From: an uncultured Gemmatimonadales bacterium
Lineage (GTDB): Bacteria; Gemmatimonadota; Gemmatimonadetes; Gemmatimonadales; JACORV01
Assembly (NCBI GenBank): GCA_964358595.1
Contig: CAYHQJ010000004.1
Location: 1 to 37,765 of the forward strand
Reading direction: 5' to 3'
DNA: 37,765 nt
Positions within the stretch are counted from its first letter, which is position 1, and every line of letters starts with the position of its first letter. The position numbers were made by a program, and so were the translations under genes. This document shows, in pieces, positions 19,086 through 28,426 of this stretch. The notes below the pieces were generated by a model. The model was not told the origin of the DNA. It saw nothing but the letters and a program-made list of their open reading frames with translations, and did no database searches.

Positions 19086-20579
19086 ATGAGTTTGCGGAGC
19101 GTGGTCTGGGGCGCGCCAGCAGCGGCGCTGTTCCTTGTCGTGGGTACCGCCGCGGCCCAGCAGCCGCCGCAGTGCCGGAGCCTGAGCTTCCGGAGCAACT
19201 TCCGGCTCAACGGCGCGCAGCAGTACCTCGAGCGCGCCGACCGGACGAACCTCGAGGCGGACCGGCGGCGCGAGGTCAACGACGCGGTGCGGAACCTCAC
19301 CGAGGCCTTGACGGACCACGGCGTCGACCAGCTGACGCTGTGGTACTTCTTCGCTCGCGCCTACGCCTTCCGCCGCGACTGGGTCGGTGCCGACTCGGCG
19401 TGGACCAAGGCCGAGCGGCTCGCCGACCCCGAATGCCGGCGCGAGATTGCCCGGCGGCGGCGCAACGAGTGGGTGCCCCTCTACAACCAGGCCGTCGAGG
19501 CGCTGAACGCGCAGAACTACGACTCGGCGCTCGCCATCTTCCGGCGCGCCAACCTGGTCTTCCGCGGCGAGCCCGTCGTGTACGCGAGCATGGCCGGCAT
19601 CTTTGTCCAGCAGGACAACAGCGACAGCGCGATCGTCTACTTCGAGCTGGGGGCGCGGGCGGGGGACGATCCACGCCAGGCCGAAGCGCGCGCGACGGCG
19701 ATGCTGAACGCCGGTCGGCTGCTGCACCGGGCGGAGCGGTTCGCCGCCGCCGAATCGACGTACCGTGCGTACCTCGCCATGAAGCCGCTCGACATGGCCG
19801 CGCGCACCAACCTGGCGGCGGTGCTCACGCGCCAAAACCGGTCGCAGGAAGCCTCGGCCATCTACGACTCGCTGCTCCAGAACACCGACTCGCTCGAGTC
19901 GTTCGACCTGTTCGAGACGGGCGTGGCGTTGTTCCAGCAGGCCGACGCGCTGCCGCGCGCGGACACGGCGCAGCGGGTGCAGAAGTACCGGCTCGCGGCG
20001 CGGGCCTTCGACCTCGGCCTCGCGAAGAACCCGTTCTTCCGCGACGCGCTGTTCAACCTCACGAACGCCTACATCGCGGCGAACGACGGCCCGAACTCTC
20101 TGGGCGCCGCGCGCCGCCTGCTGGCGGCGGATTCCCTCAACCGTCAGTCGTGGACGCTGCTCGCCGGCTCGTACCAGCGTGTCGCCCTGCTGTACCGCAC
20201 GCGCGACTCGATCCTGCGCGCACGCCGGGATTCATTGCCGGCCGCCGACGGGTACGCGGCAAGCTTCCGCGCCTACGCAGACTCGACGGTCTGGGCGCTG
20301 CAGCAACGTGACTCGCTCCCGCTGGAGCTCAGCGTGCACCGCTTCGAGCCGCGCGATTCAACCGCGGTGTTCCGTGGCGGGGCGCAGAACCTCCTGGGGC
20401 ACGAGCGGCCGGCGCTCAGTCTGACGCTGGAGTTCCTGAACGCGGCCGGTGATGTGGTCGCGCGGCAGGTCGTCGAGGTGCCGGCCCTCAGTGCCACGGG
20501 GCAGCCGGGAAGCGTGTACGATTTCAACCTGACCGCGACCGGACGGGGCATCATCGCCTACCGGTACAAGGTGAACTGA
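19086..20579 (+). CDS. Secreted TPR-repeat protein with C-terminal Ig-like (FxLYD-like) domain
   Basis: SD AAGGAG 9 nt before ATG 19086; signal peptide ending AAA-Q; TPR-like helices (YNQAVEAL..YDSALAIF, NPFFRDALFNL); beta-rich C-terminus LTLEFLNAAGDVV. Confidence 0.8.
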   Translation: MSLRSVVWGAPAAALFLVVGTAAAQQPPQCRSLSFRSNFRLNGAQQYLERADRTNLEADRRREVNDAVRNLTEALTDHGVDQLTLWYFFARAYAFRRDWVGADSAWTKAERLADPECRREIARRRRNEWVPLYNQAVEALNAQNYDSALAIFRRANLVFRGEPVVYASMAGIFVQQDNSDSAIVYFELGARAGDDPRQAEARATAMLNAGRLLHRAERFAAAESTYRAYLAMKPLDMAARTNLAAVLTRQNRSQEASAIYDSLLQNTDSLESFDLFETGVALFQQADALPRADTAQRVQKYRLAARAFDLGLAKNPFFRDALFNLTNAYIAANDGPNSLGAARRLLAADSLNRQSWTLLAGSYQRVALLYRTRDSILRARRDSLPAADGYAASFRAYADSTVWALQQRDSLPLELSVHRFEPRDSTAVFRGGAQNLLGHERPALSLTLEFLNAAGDVVARQVVEVPALSATGQPGSVYDFNLTATGRGIIAYRYKVN

Positions 20580-20585
20580 GCATGC

Positions 20586-20613
20586 TTGACACGAGGCGGA
20601 GGGATCCTACATT
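20586..20613 (+). promoter_or_regulatory. Sigma70-type promoter for tRNA-Gly and downstream genes
   Basis: TTGACA (20586-20591), a 16-nt spacer and TACATT (20608-20613), 11 nt upstream of the tRNA 5' end, with a GC-rich discriminator. Confidence 0.65.
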
Positions 20614-20624
20614 CCGCCTCGCAC

Positions 20625-20696
<72 letters not shown>

Positions 20697-20705
20697 CCTG
20701 CAGGG

Positions 20706-20736
20706 CGGGGGCCGCCTCGAGAGAGGCCGGCCCCCG
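20706..20736 (+). other. GC-rich stem-loop with GAGA tetraloop downstream of tRNA-Gly (no U-tract)
   Basis: CGGGGGCCG-CCTC-GAGA-GAGG-C-CGGCCCCCG. Confidence 0.6.
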
Positions 20737-20759
20737 TTCGCCCGTCCGGTAGCTCTCCT

Positions 20760-22031
20760 GTGCTGCGCGTCGCCGCCGTCGCCGCGGGGTCCCTTGGTGC
20801 CGAGCTGGGTCTCGGCCCGGGCGACGAGCTGCTCGCCATCAACGGCCGCGAGCTCGCCGACTTCCTCGACTGGGAATTCCTCGCCGCCGACGACGCGTTC
20901 ATCCTGGGCGTGCGCACCGCCGCGGGCGAGGCGGTCGAGTTCGACATCGAGCGCCCCGAGGGCCTGCCGCTGGGCGTCACCCTCGATCCACCGAAGATCC
21001 GTCGCTGCGCCAACCGCTGCGACTTCTGCTTCGTGGACGGCAACCCCGGGACCGCCCGCAAGACGCTGTTCATCCGTGACGACGACTACCGGCTCTCGTT
21101 CCAGCACGGGAACTTCGCCACGCTTTCGAACCTGAAGGACAGGGACGTCCGGCGGATCCTCGAGTACCGGCTCTCGCCGCTCTACGTCTCCGTGCACGCG
21201 ACCGACGCGGACGTTCGCCGCCGCCTGCTGCGCAACCCGAAGGCGCCGGCGATTCTCGAGCAGCTGGCGATGTTCGCGGCCGGCGGGATCCAGTTCCACG
21301 CCCAGGTCGTGCTCGTCCCGGGCGTGAACGACGGCGCCGTGCTCGAGCGCTCGCTCGCGGACCTGTACGGCATGGGCGAGTCCATCCTCACGGTGTCGGT
21401 CGTGCCGGTGGCGCTCACGACCTTCTCGCGCCACGAGCTGGTACGCAGCCCGACGGTCGGGGAGGCGCGGGCCGCCGTGGAAGCCGTGCGGCTCTGGGAG
21501 CGGAGGGCGAGAGGGGAAAGGGCAGGCGGCTGGGTGTACGGCTCGGACGAGCTGTACATGCTCGCCGGCGAGCCATTCCCCCCCGCCGGGAGCTACGACG
21601 GCTTCCCGCAGGTGGAGAACGGCGTCGGCGCGGTGCGGTACCTGGAAGAGCTGGTCGCCGCGGAGATCGCCACGCTGCCCACGCTGGCGGGCCGGCGCGT
21701 GCTGGTGTGCACCGGCACGGCGATGGGCAGGCTGATGCCCGAAGTCCTGCCGGCGCTCGTGGCGGCGACCGGCGCGACCTTCGAGCTCGCGGTGCTCGAA
21801 AACACGTACTTCGGGTCCGCCGTGACGACGGCCGGCCTCCTGCCGGGCGCCGACTTCCGGCGCGCGCTGGCGGACCGGGGCGACTGCAGCCTCGCGCTCC
21901 TGCCCGCCGAGTCGGTCAACGACAACGGGATCTTCGTGGACGACGTGCCGCTCGCGACGCTCGTCGCCGAGGCGCCGATGCCGGTGAGGCTCTCCTACCA
22001 CTTCACCGACGCGTTGGGGGCGGCGGCATGA
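20760..22031 (+). CDS. DUF512 family PDZ-like + radical SAM-like Fe-S protein
   Basis: N-terminal PDZ-like GSLGAELGLGPGDELLAING; CANRCDFC (CxxxCxxC); RDDDYRLSF..GNF.TL, SPLYVSVHAT, PGVNDG, SDELY and QVENGVG. Confidence 0.9.
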   Translation: MLRVAAVAAGSLGAELGLGPGDELLAINGRELADFLDWEFLAADDAFILGVRTAAGEAVEFDIERPEGLPLGVTLDPPKIRRCANRCDFCFVDGNPGTARKTLFIRDDDYRLSFQHGNFATLSNLKDRDVRRILEYRLSPLYVSVHATDADVRRRLLRNPKAPAILEQLAMFAAGGIQFHAQVVLVPGVNDGAVLERSLADLYGMGESILTVSVVPVALTTFSRHELVRSPTVGEARAAVEAVRLWERRARGERAGGWVYGSDELYMLAGEPFPPAGSYDGFPQVENGVGAVRYLEELVAAEIATLPTLAGRRVLVCTGTAMGRLMPEVLPALVAATGATFELAVLENTYFGSAVTTAGLLPGADFRRALADRGDCSLALLPAESVNDNGIFVDDVPLATLVAEAPMPVRLSYHFTDALGAAA

Positions 22032-23362
22032 GCGCGAAGGCGGCCACCGTCGCGATCATCGGCCGGCCCAACGTCGGCAAGTCCACCCTGTTCAACCGCG
22101 TGGTCGGCGCGCATGCGGCGATCGTGGACGAGCGCCCGGGCTCGACGCGCGACCGGCACTACGGCAAGGCGGAGTGGAACGGCCGCGTCTTCTGGCTCGT
22201 GGACACCGGCGGCTTCCTGCCGCGCTCGACCGAGCCGATGGACGCGGCGATCCGCTCCCAGGTGCAGCTCGCGGTGGACGCGGCGGACGTGGTGCTGTTC
22301 CTCGTGGACGTCGAGACCGGCCCCATGCCGGGCGACCAGGAGATCGTCGAGTACGTGCGCACGCGCGGCAAGCCGGTCGTGCTCGCGGCCAACAAGGCCG
22401 ACGACCTCGCGCGCGAAAAACGCCACCTCGATTTCTACGAGTTGGGCCTGGGCGACCCGCTCGCGGTCTCGGCAGGCACGGGCAAGGGCACCGGCGACCT
22501 CCTCGACGCCGTCGTGGCGGTACTCCCGCCGGCGCCGGCGCCCGCCGGCGAGGACGAGATCCAGGTGGCGGTCATCGGGCGCCCCAACGTCGGCAAGTCG
22601 AGCCTGGTGAACCGGCTCCTCGGCGAGGACCGGCTGATCGTAGCCGACACACCGGGCACGACGCGCGACGCGATCGACACGCCGCTCCGCTTCAAGGCCA
22701 GGGTCCTGAACTTCATCGACACCGCGGGCCTGCGGAAGCGCGGCAAGATCGACGAGGCGGTCGAGTTCTACGCGTTCCTGCGCACCGCGCGCGCCGTTGA
22801 GCGCGCCGACGTCTGTGTGATCGTCGTGGATGCGGCCGAAGGCCTGACCGCGATGGACATCAAGATCGCGGGACAGGCGTGGGAGGCGGGCACGGGGCTC
22901 GTCATCGCGGTCAACAAGTGGGACCTCGTCGAGAAGGACCACACGACCGCCGACGCGGGTCACAAGCAGTCGCTCGAACGCGCGCCGTTCCTCGAGGCGG
23001 TGCCGTTCCTCTACCTCTCGGCCAAGACCGGGCTGCGCGCCCAACGGGCGCTCGACGCCGTCGTGGAGGTCGCCGAGGCGCGGCAGCGCCGCATCCAGAC
23101 GGCGGAGGTCAACCGCGCGATCAAGGAGCTGGTCGCCGAGCGCCAGCCGCCGCAGGCGGGCGGCGCCGAGGTCAAGCTGCTCTACGGCTCCCAGATCGGC
23201 ACGGCGCCGCCGACGTTCGCGATCGTCAGCAGCCGGCCCGACGCGATCCCCGACCACTACCGCCGGTTCCTCGTCAACGGGCTGCGCGAGCGGTTCGGCT
23301 TCCGGGGCGCGCCGATCCGGGTGCGGTTCACGGGCCGCCGCCGCTCGAGGGCCAAGGGATGA
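22028..23362 (+). CDS. der: Ribosome biogenesis GTPase Der (EngA)
   Basis: Two G-domains (GRPNVGKS twice, DTGG/DTAG, NKAD/NKWD) and a KH-like C-terminus; ATG 22028 overlaps the DUF512 stop. Confidence 0.97.
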   Translation: MSAKAATVAIIGRPNVGKSTLFNRVVGAHAAIVDERPGSTRDRHYGKAEWNGRVFWLVDTGGFLPRSTEPMDAAIRSQVQLAVDAADVVLFLVDVETGPMPGDQEIVEYVRTRGKPVVLAANKADDLAREKRHLDFYELGLGDPLAVSAGTGKGTGDLLDAVVAVLPPAPAPAGEDEIQVAVIGRPNVGKSSLVNRLLGEDRLIVADTPGTTRDAIDTPLRFKARVLNFIDTAGLRKRGKIDEAVEFYAFLRTARAVERADVCVIVVDAAEGLTAMDIKIAGQAWEAGTGLVIAVNKWDLVEKDHTTADAGHKQSLERAPFLEAVPFLYLSAKTGLRAQRALDAVVEVAEARQRRIQTAEVNRAIKELVAERQPPQAGGAEVKLLYGSQIGTAPPTFAIVSSRPDAIPDHYRRFLVNGLRERFGFRGAPIRVRFTGRRRSRAKG

Positions 23363-23985
23363 GCGGCCTCGGGTGGGGCTCGCTGCTGTGGATCGTCGGC
23401 GCCTACCTGCTCGGCGCGATCCCGACGTCGTACCTCGTGGCGAGGGCCGCGGCCGGCACGGACCTGCGGACCTTCGGCAGCAAGAACCTCGGCGCGACGA
23501 ACCTGTACCGGCTGCTCGGCTGGAAGGCCGCGGTCCCCGTCGGGCTGTTCGACGTGCTCAAGGGCACAGTGCCGGTGCTGCTCGCCCAGCGCTTCGCGGC
23601 GGGACCCGCGTGGTGGCCGCTCGTGGTGGGGCTCGCGGCGGTGTGCGGGCACGTGTTCTCACCGTTCGTCGGCTTCAAGGGCGGCAAGGGCGTCGCCACG
23701 GCGGCGGGCGTGTTCCTGGCGCTCGCGCCGGGCTCGCTGGGCGTCGCGCTGGTGGCGTGGGCGATCATCGTGCGGCTCTCCGGCTACGTGTCGCTCGGCT
23801 CGATCCTCGCCGCGGGCGCGTTCGTCGCCAGCGTGCCGCTGCTGTATCCGGGCCGGCCCGCGACGCTGTGGGCGGCCCTCGCGGTGTTCGCGTTCATCGT
23901 CTTCACCCACCGCGCCAACATCCGCCGTCTGCTCGCCGGGACCGAGGCGCGCTTCGGCCAGCGGCGCGCGGAACAGAAGGCCTGA
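23359..23985 (+). CDS. plsY: Glycerol-3-phosphate 1-O-acyltransferase PlsY
   Basis: YLLGAIP, GSKNLGATN, DVLKG, GHVFSPF..FKGGKGVAT and HRANIRRL..GTE. Confidence 0.96.
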   Translation: MSGLGWGSLLWIVGAYLLGAIPTSYLVARAAAGTDLRTFGSKNLGATNLYRLLGWKAAVPVGLFDVLKGTVPVLLAQRFAAGPAWWPLVVGLAAVCGHVFSPFVGFKGGKGVATAAGVFLALAPGSLGVALVAWAIIVRLSGYVSLGSILAAGAFVASVPLLYPGRPATLWAALAVFAFIVFTHRANIRRLLAGTEARFGQRRAEQKA

Positions 23986-24983
23986 TGCGCGTCGCGGTGG
24001 TGGGCGGCGGCGCCTGGGGCACGGCCCTGGCAGACCTCCTGGCGGCCAAGGGCGAGGATGTCGTGCTCTGGGCGTACGAGCCCGAGGTGGCCGAGGAGAT
24101 CAACCGCCGCCACCGCAACGACCTGTTCCTCCCCGAGGCGCCGCTGACGCCCTCGCTCCGGGCGACCAATGACGTGGTCCAGGCGGTGGCCGACGCGGAG
24201 CTCGTCGTCTCGGTGGCGCCGTCGCATGCCGTGCGTTCCGTCATGAGCGCGGCCGCGCCGGGGCTCGTTCCGGGCGCCCTCGTCGTGAGCGCCTCGAAGG
24301 GGCTCGAGGCGCGGGGCCTGAAGCGCATGAGCGAGGTGCTGGCCGAAGTCCTCCCGAAAGGCACAACGGTCGTCGCGCTCTCCGGGCCGACGTTCGCGCG
24401 CGAGGTCTACGAGCGGCAGCCCAGCGCCGTCACCGCGGCGAGCGTGGATCCCGACGCGGCCGCGCGCGCGCAGCGCGCGATGAGCGCGCCGACGTTTCGC
24501 GTCTACACCACCGACGACCCGATCGGCGTGGAGCTCGGCGGCGCGCTCAAGAACGTCATCGCCATCGCCGCGGGCATCCTGGACGGCCTCGGGCTCGGCA
24601 GCAACGTGCGGGCAGCGCTCATCACGCGCGGGCTCGCCGAGATCACGCGGCTCGGCGTGGCGATGGGGGCGAAGCCCATGACCTTCGCCGGGCTTGCGGG
24701 CGTGGGCGACCTCGTCCTCACCGCCACCGGGCCGCTGTCGCGCAACCGCAGCCTCGGCGTCGAGCTGGGCAAGGGGCGCACGCTCGAGGAGGTCATGGCG
24801 CGGCGCCTCTCGGTCGCCGAGGGGGTGGGAACCGCGCGCGCCGCCGTCGCGCTCGCCGCCAAGGTCGGCGTCGAGCTGCCGATCGCGAGCCAGGTCCACG
24901 GCGTGCTGTTCGAGGGCAAGCCGCCACGCCAGGCCATCGGCGAGCTGATGGAGCGTGCCCTCAAGAGCGAGAGCTGGAGTTGA
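23985..24983 (+). CDS. gpsA: NAD(P)H-dependent glycerol-3-phosphate dehydrogenase
   Basis: GGGAWGTALA, SKGLE, LSGPTFA, GGALKNVIAIAAG, GVGDLVLT and SRNR. Confidence 0.96.
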   Translation: MRVAVVGGGAWGTALADLLAAKGEDVVLWAYEPEVAEEINRRHRNDLFLPEAPLTPSLRATNDVVQAVADAELVVSVAPSHAVRSVMSAAAPGLVPGALVVSASKGLEARGLKRMSEVLAEVLPKGTTVVALSGPTFAREVYERQPSAVTAASVDPDAAARAQRAMSAPTFRVYTTDDPIGVELGGALKNVIAIAAGILDGLGLGSNVRAALITRGLAEITRLGVAMGAKPMTFAGLAGVGDLVLTATGPLSRNRSLGVELGKGRTLEEVMARRLSVAEGVGTARAAVALAAKVGVELPIASQVHGVLFEGKPPRQAIGELMERALKSESWS

Positions 24984-25363
24984 CGGTGGCCGCCGGACCG
25001 CCCGTGCAGGAGTTCTTTTCGATCGGCGAGGTCTGCACCCTCACCGACCTGAAGCCGCACGTGCTGCGGTACTGGGAGAGCCAGTTCCGGTTCCTGAACC
25101 CCGCCAAGAACCGCTCGGGCAACCGCGTGTACCAGCGCCGCGAGATCGAGCTGATCATGCTCGTCAAGCACCTGCTGTACACGGAGAAGTACACCATCGA
25201 GGGGGCGCGCCAGCGGATCGAGCACTTCCGTCGGACGGGCGAGCTCAAGCCGGCCGCGCGCGACGCGCTGGCGGTCGAGTTGGTGCGCGACCTCAGGCAC
25301 GAGCTCGAGCAGGTGATGAAGATCCTCAACGGCGAGAAGGTCGGGCCGCGGACCGATGGGTGA
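24980..25363 (+). CDS. MerR-family HTH transcriptional regulator (short, no effector domain)
   Basis: FSIGEVCTLTDLKPHVLRYWESQF, GNRVY, LLYTEKYTIEGAR; TTG start overlaps the gpsA stop (TTGA). Confidence 0.9.
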   Translation: MTVAAGPPVQEFFSIGEVCTLTDLKPHVLRYWESQFRFLNPAKNRSGNRVYQRREIELIMLVKHLLYTEKYTIEGARQRIEHFRRTGELKPAARDALAVELVRDLRHELEQVMKILNGEKVGPRTDG

Positions 25364-26072
25364 GACGACGCCCCGCGGCCCGGAGGTGGCGCTGGTGATC
25401 CCGGCCTTCCAGGCCGCGCGCACGCTCCCCGACGTGCTGGCGCGCGCCCGGCGCGCCGTGCCCGGGGCCCAGCTCCTCGTCGTGGACGACGGCTCCGACG
25501 ACGACACCGCGGGGATCGCCCACGCGTGCGGCGCCGCCGTGGCGAGCCACGAGCGCAACCTCGGCAAGGGCAGGGCCCTCGCGACCGGCCTCGCCGGCGC
25601 CGAGGCGCTCGGCGTCCCGTACGTCGTCACGCTGGACGCCGACGGCCAGCACCCGCCGGAGGAGATCCCGATGCTGCTGGCCCCGCTGGTCGCGGACCGT
25701 GCCGACCTCGTGGTCGGCGCGCGGCGGCGCGACGGGTCCGCCATGCCACCCGGCCGCCGGTTTACCAACTGGCTCTCGAGCACCCTCGTCTCGCGCGCCG
25801 TGGGCGCGAGCGTCCCCGACTCGCAGTCCGGCTTCCGCGCGATGCGCGCCGCCGTCGCCGCCACGGTGAGGCCCGCCGGGCAGCGCTACGAGTTCGAGAC
25901 CGAATTCCTGTTGCTCGCCGCCGAGCGCGGCTTCCGCATCACCGCGGTGCGCGTCCCGACCGTGTACGGGGGCGAGCGCAGCCACTTCCGCTACGTCGCC
26001 GACACGCTGCGCCTGGCCGGCGTCTTCGCGCGGCACTGGCGCCGCATCCTCGCGGGCCCGCAACCGACATGA
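25356..26072 (+). CDS. GT2 glycosyltransferase (DPM/DPG synthase-like)
   Basis: VIPAFQ, VVDDGSDDDT, NLGKGRAL, TLDADGQH and DSQSGFR. Confidence 0.9.
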   Translation: MGETTPRGPEVALVIPAFQAARTLPDVLARARRAVPGAQLLVVDDGSDDDTAGIAHACGAAVASHERNLGKGRALATGLAGAEALGVPYVVTLDADGQHPPEEIPMLLAPLVADRADLVVGARRRDGSAMPPGRRFTNWLSSTLVSRAVGASVPDSQSGFRAMRAAVAATVRPAGQRYEFETEFLLLAAERGFRITAVRVPTVYGGERSHFRYVADTLRLAGVFARHWRRILAGPQPT

Positions 26073-26818
26073 GAATCCTGTGCACCAACGACGACGGGCT
26101 GCGCGCCCGCGGCCTCGAGCTCTCGGTCGAGCTCTGCTCGACGATCGCCGAGGTGGACGTCGTGGCACCGGACCGCGAGCAGTCGGCCACCAGCCATTCG
26201 CTCACCCTCTACAAGCCCCTGCGGCCGACCCAGCGCGGACCGCGCCGCTGGGAGGTGGACGGGACCCCGACGGACTGCGTCCTCCTCGCCCTGGGCGCCC
26301 TGCTCGCTGAGAAGCCGGACTTCGTCGTCTCGGGCGTGAACCACGGCCCCAACATGGGCGAGGACGTGCTCTACTCGGGCACCGTCGCCGCCGCCATGGA
26401 GGGACTGTCGCTCGGCATCCCCGCGGTCGCGCTCTCTCTCGCCTCGCGCGACCAGGACCTCCTGCCAACGTACCGCGATCCCCTCGAGCGCCTGCTGCGC
26501 ACTATCCTCACCGCGAACGCGTTCCCCCAGGACACACTGCTCAACGTGAACCTGCCGCCGATTCCCGGTGACCAGGTGCAGGGCGTCCGCGTCACCGCGC
26601 TCGGCAGCCGCGTCTACCAGGAATCGCTCCAGCGCATGAAGGATCCGTGGGGCCGAGACCTCTTCTGGATCGGCGGCGGCCACATCAACTGGACGGGCGG
26701 CGCCGATTCCGACTTCCACGCGATCCACGCCGGCTTCATCTCGGTGACGCCGCTCCACCTTGACCTCACCAGCTACTCGCACCTCGACGCCGTGCGGGCC
26801 TGGAAGCTCGAGATCTGA
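26069..26818 (+). CDS. surE: 5'/3'-nucleotidase SurE
   Basis: MRILCTNDDG, VVAPDREQSATSHSLT, GTPTDCV and SGVNHGPNMGEDVLYSGTVAAAMEG. Confidence 0.96.
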   Translation: MRILCTNDDGLRARGLELSVELCSTIAEVDVVAPDREQSATSHSLTLYKPLRPTQRGPRRWEVDGTPTDCVLLALGALLAEKPDFVVSGVNHGPNMGEDVLYSGTVAAAMEGLSLGIPAVALSLASRDQDLLPTYRDPLERLLRTILTANAFPQDTLLNVNLPPIPGDQVQGVRVTALGSRVYQESLQRMKDPWGRDLFWIGGGHINWTGGADSDFHAIHAGFISVTPLHLDLTSYSHLDAVRAWKLEI

Positions 26819-26819
26819 C

Positions 26820-27476
26820 GTGCCCCGCAGCGACTCGTACGCCGGCTACCGGGCGAAGCTCGTCGAAGCGGTCCGCCAGAACGGGATCCGCGACCTGGCC
26901 GTGCTGCGCGCCGTGGGTGAGGTGCCGCGCCACCTGTTCGTGCCGCCCGCGCTCCAGCGCCAGGCGTACGAGGACACCGCGCTCCCTATCGGCAGCGGCC
27001 AGACGATCAGCCAGCCCTCGACACAGGCGCGCGCGCTCGAAGCCCTGCGGCTCACCGGGCGCGAGAAGGTGCTCGAGGTCGGCACGGGATCGGGGTACCA
27101 GACGGCCCTGCTGGCGATGGTCGCCGGGCAGGTGTTCTCGGTGGAGCGCGTCGCGGCCCTGGCCGAGCGCGCCCGCGCCGCCCTCGCCGAGGCGGGCATC
27201 GGCAACGTGTCGGTCATGGTCGGCGACGGCACGCTCGGCTGGCGCGACTACGCACCATACGAGGCGATGGTCGTCGCCGCCGCGACTCGCGAAGTGCCGC
27301 GGCCGCTCCTCGAGCAGCTCGCCCCGGGCGGGCGCATCCTCCTGCCGCTCGGCCCACGCGAGAGCCAGGTCCTCACGCTCGTCACGGTGAACGCCGACGG
27401 CACCACGAACGCGCAGCCGCTCGCCGGCGCACGGTTCGTCCCGCTGCGCGGCACCCACGGATTCACCGATGCTTGA
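26820..27476 (+). CDS. pcm: Protein-L-isoaspartate O-methyltransferase
   Basis: VPRHLFVP, AYEDTALPIGSGQTISQP, VLEVGTGSGYQTA, GDGTLGW and RFVPL; follows surE. The GTG 26820 start is inferred. Confidence 0.95.
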   Translation: MPRSDSYAGYRAKLVEAVRQNGIRDLAVLRAVGEVPRHLFVPPALQRQAYEDTALPIGSGQTISQPSTQARALEALRLTGREKVLEVGTGSGYQTALLAMVAGQVFSVERVAALAERARAALAEAGIGNVSVMVGDGTLGWRDYAPYEAMVVAAATREVPRPLLEQLAPGGRILLPLGPRESQVLTLVTVNADGTTNAQPLAGARFVPLRGTHGFTDA

Positions 27477-28128
27477 GCAGCTCGGTTTCTGGCTGGTGGA
27501 CACCATCGGCCGGCTTGGCTACAGCGGCATCGTCCTCCTCATGGCGATGGAGTCGTCCGTCCTGCCCGTGCCGTCGGAGCTGGTGATGCCGCCGGCGGGC
27601 TACCTCGCGTACCACGGCGAGATGAACCTCTGGGTGGCGTTGCTGTGCGGGACCGTCGGCAGCCTCGCCGGCGCGTACGCCAACTACTGGGTCGCCTCGA
27701 AGGTCGGCCGGTGGGTCTTCGTCCGCTATGGGAAGTGGGTCCTCCTCACCGAGAAGTCGCTCGAGCGGACGGAGCGCTTCTTCAACCGGCACGGCGAGAT
27801 CGCGACGTTCATCGGACGCCTGTTCCCGGTCATCCGGCACCTCATCAGCATCCCCGCCGGCCTGGCACGGATGCGGCTCGACCGGTTCTTCCTGTACACC
27901 GGCGCGGGCGCCGCGCTGTGGTGCGCGGTGCTGCTCGGCGTCGGGTGGATCATCGGCCGCGCGGGTGGCGTGTTGTCGCGGGGGGTGCTGAGCGACTACG
28001 CGCACCGTGCCGCGCTCTGGATGTTGCCGTTCGTCATCGCCCTGGTCGCGGCGTACGTCATGCGGCTCCGGGCACGGCGGGGCAGGGACGCGTCCGCCGC
28101 GGGGGCGGAGGACGATGCCGGGACCTGA
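27469..28128 (+). CDS. DedA family membrane protein
   Basis: MAMESSVLPVPSELVMPPAG, FFNRHG and GRLFPVIRHLISIPAG. Confidence 0.93.
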   Translation: MLEQLGFWLVDTIGRLGYSGIVLLMAMESSVLPVPSELVMPPAGYLAYHGEMNLWVALLCGTVGSLAGAYANYWVASKVGRWVFVRYGKWVLLTEKSLERTERFFNRHGEIATFIGRLFPVIRHLISIPAGLARMRLDRFFLYTGAGAALWCAVLLGVGWIIGRAGGVLSRGVLSDYAHRAALWMLPFVIALVAAYVMRLRARRGRDASAAGAEDDAGT

Positions 28129-28408
28129 GGGGATCCGCGCGCTGCGCTGGGTCGCGGAGGGCAGCGTGCAGGGAGTCGGCTTCCGCTGGTACGTCCTGAA
28201 CCGCGCCCGCGATCTGGGGGTGCGCGGCTGGGTGCGCAACCGTGAGGACGGCGCCGTCGAGGTCGTCGGCCTGGCCACCGCCGCCACGCTCGAGGAGCTG
28301 GACGCGATCGTGCGCGCGGGCCCGCCGCTCGCCCGCGTGACCCGCGTCACGACGCAAGAGGTTCCACACGAGATTGTGGACGCTAAGTCCTTCGTCGTCA
28401 AGCACTAA
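28115..28408 (+). CDS. acyP: Acylphosphatase
   Basis: GSVQGVGFRW, GVRGWVRNREDGAVEV and GPPLARV; ATG 28115. Confidence 0.92.
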   Translation: MPGPEGIRALRWVAEGSVQGVGFRWYVLNRARDLGVRGWVRNREDGAVEVVGLATAATLEELDAIVRAGPPLARVTRVTTQEVPHEIVDAKSFVVKH

Positions 28409-28426
28409 GGCAACATCGTTCACACC

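Noticed and set aside
28337-28350. matS-like palindrome GTGACCCGCGTCAC near dif
   Set aside because: The spacer is 4 nt rather than the 3 nt of matS, it is a single copy, it is explained by coding Val-Thr-Arg-Val-Thr, and MatP is largely limited to some Gammaproteobacteria.
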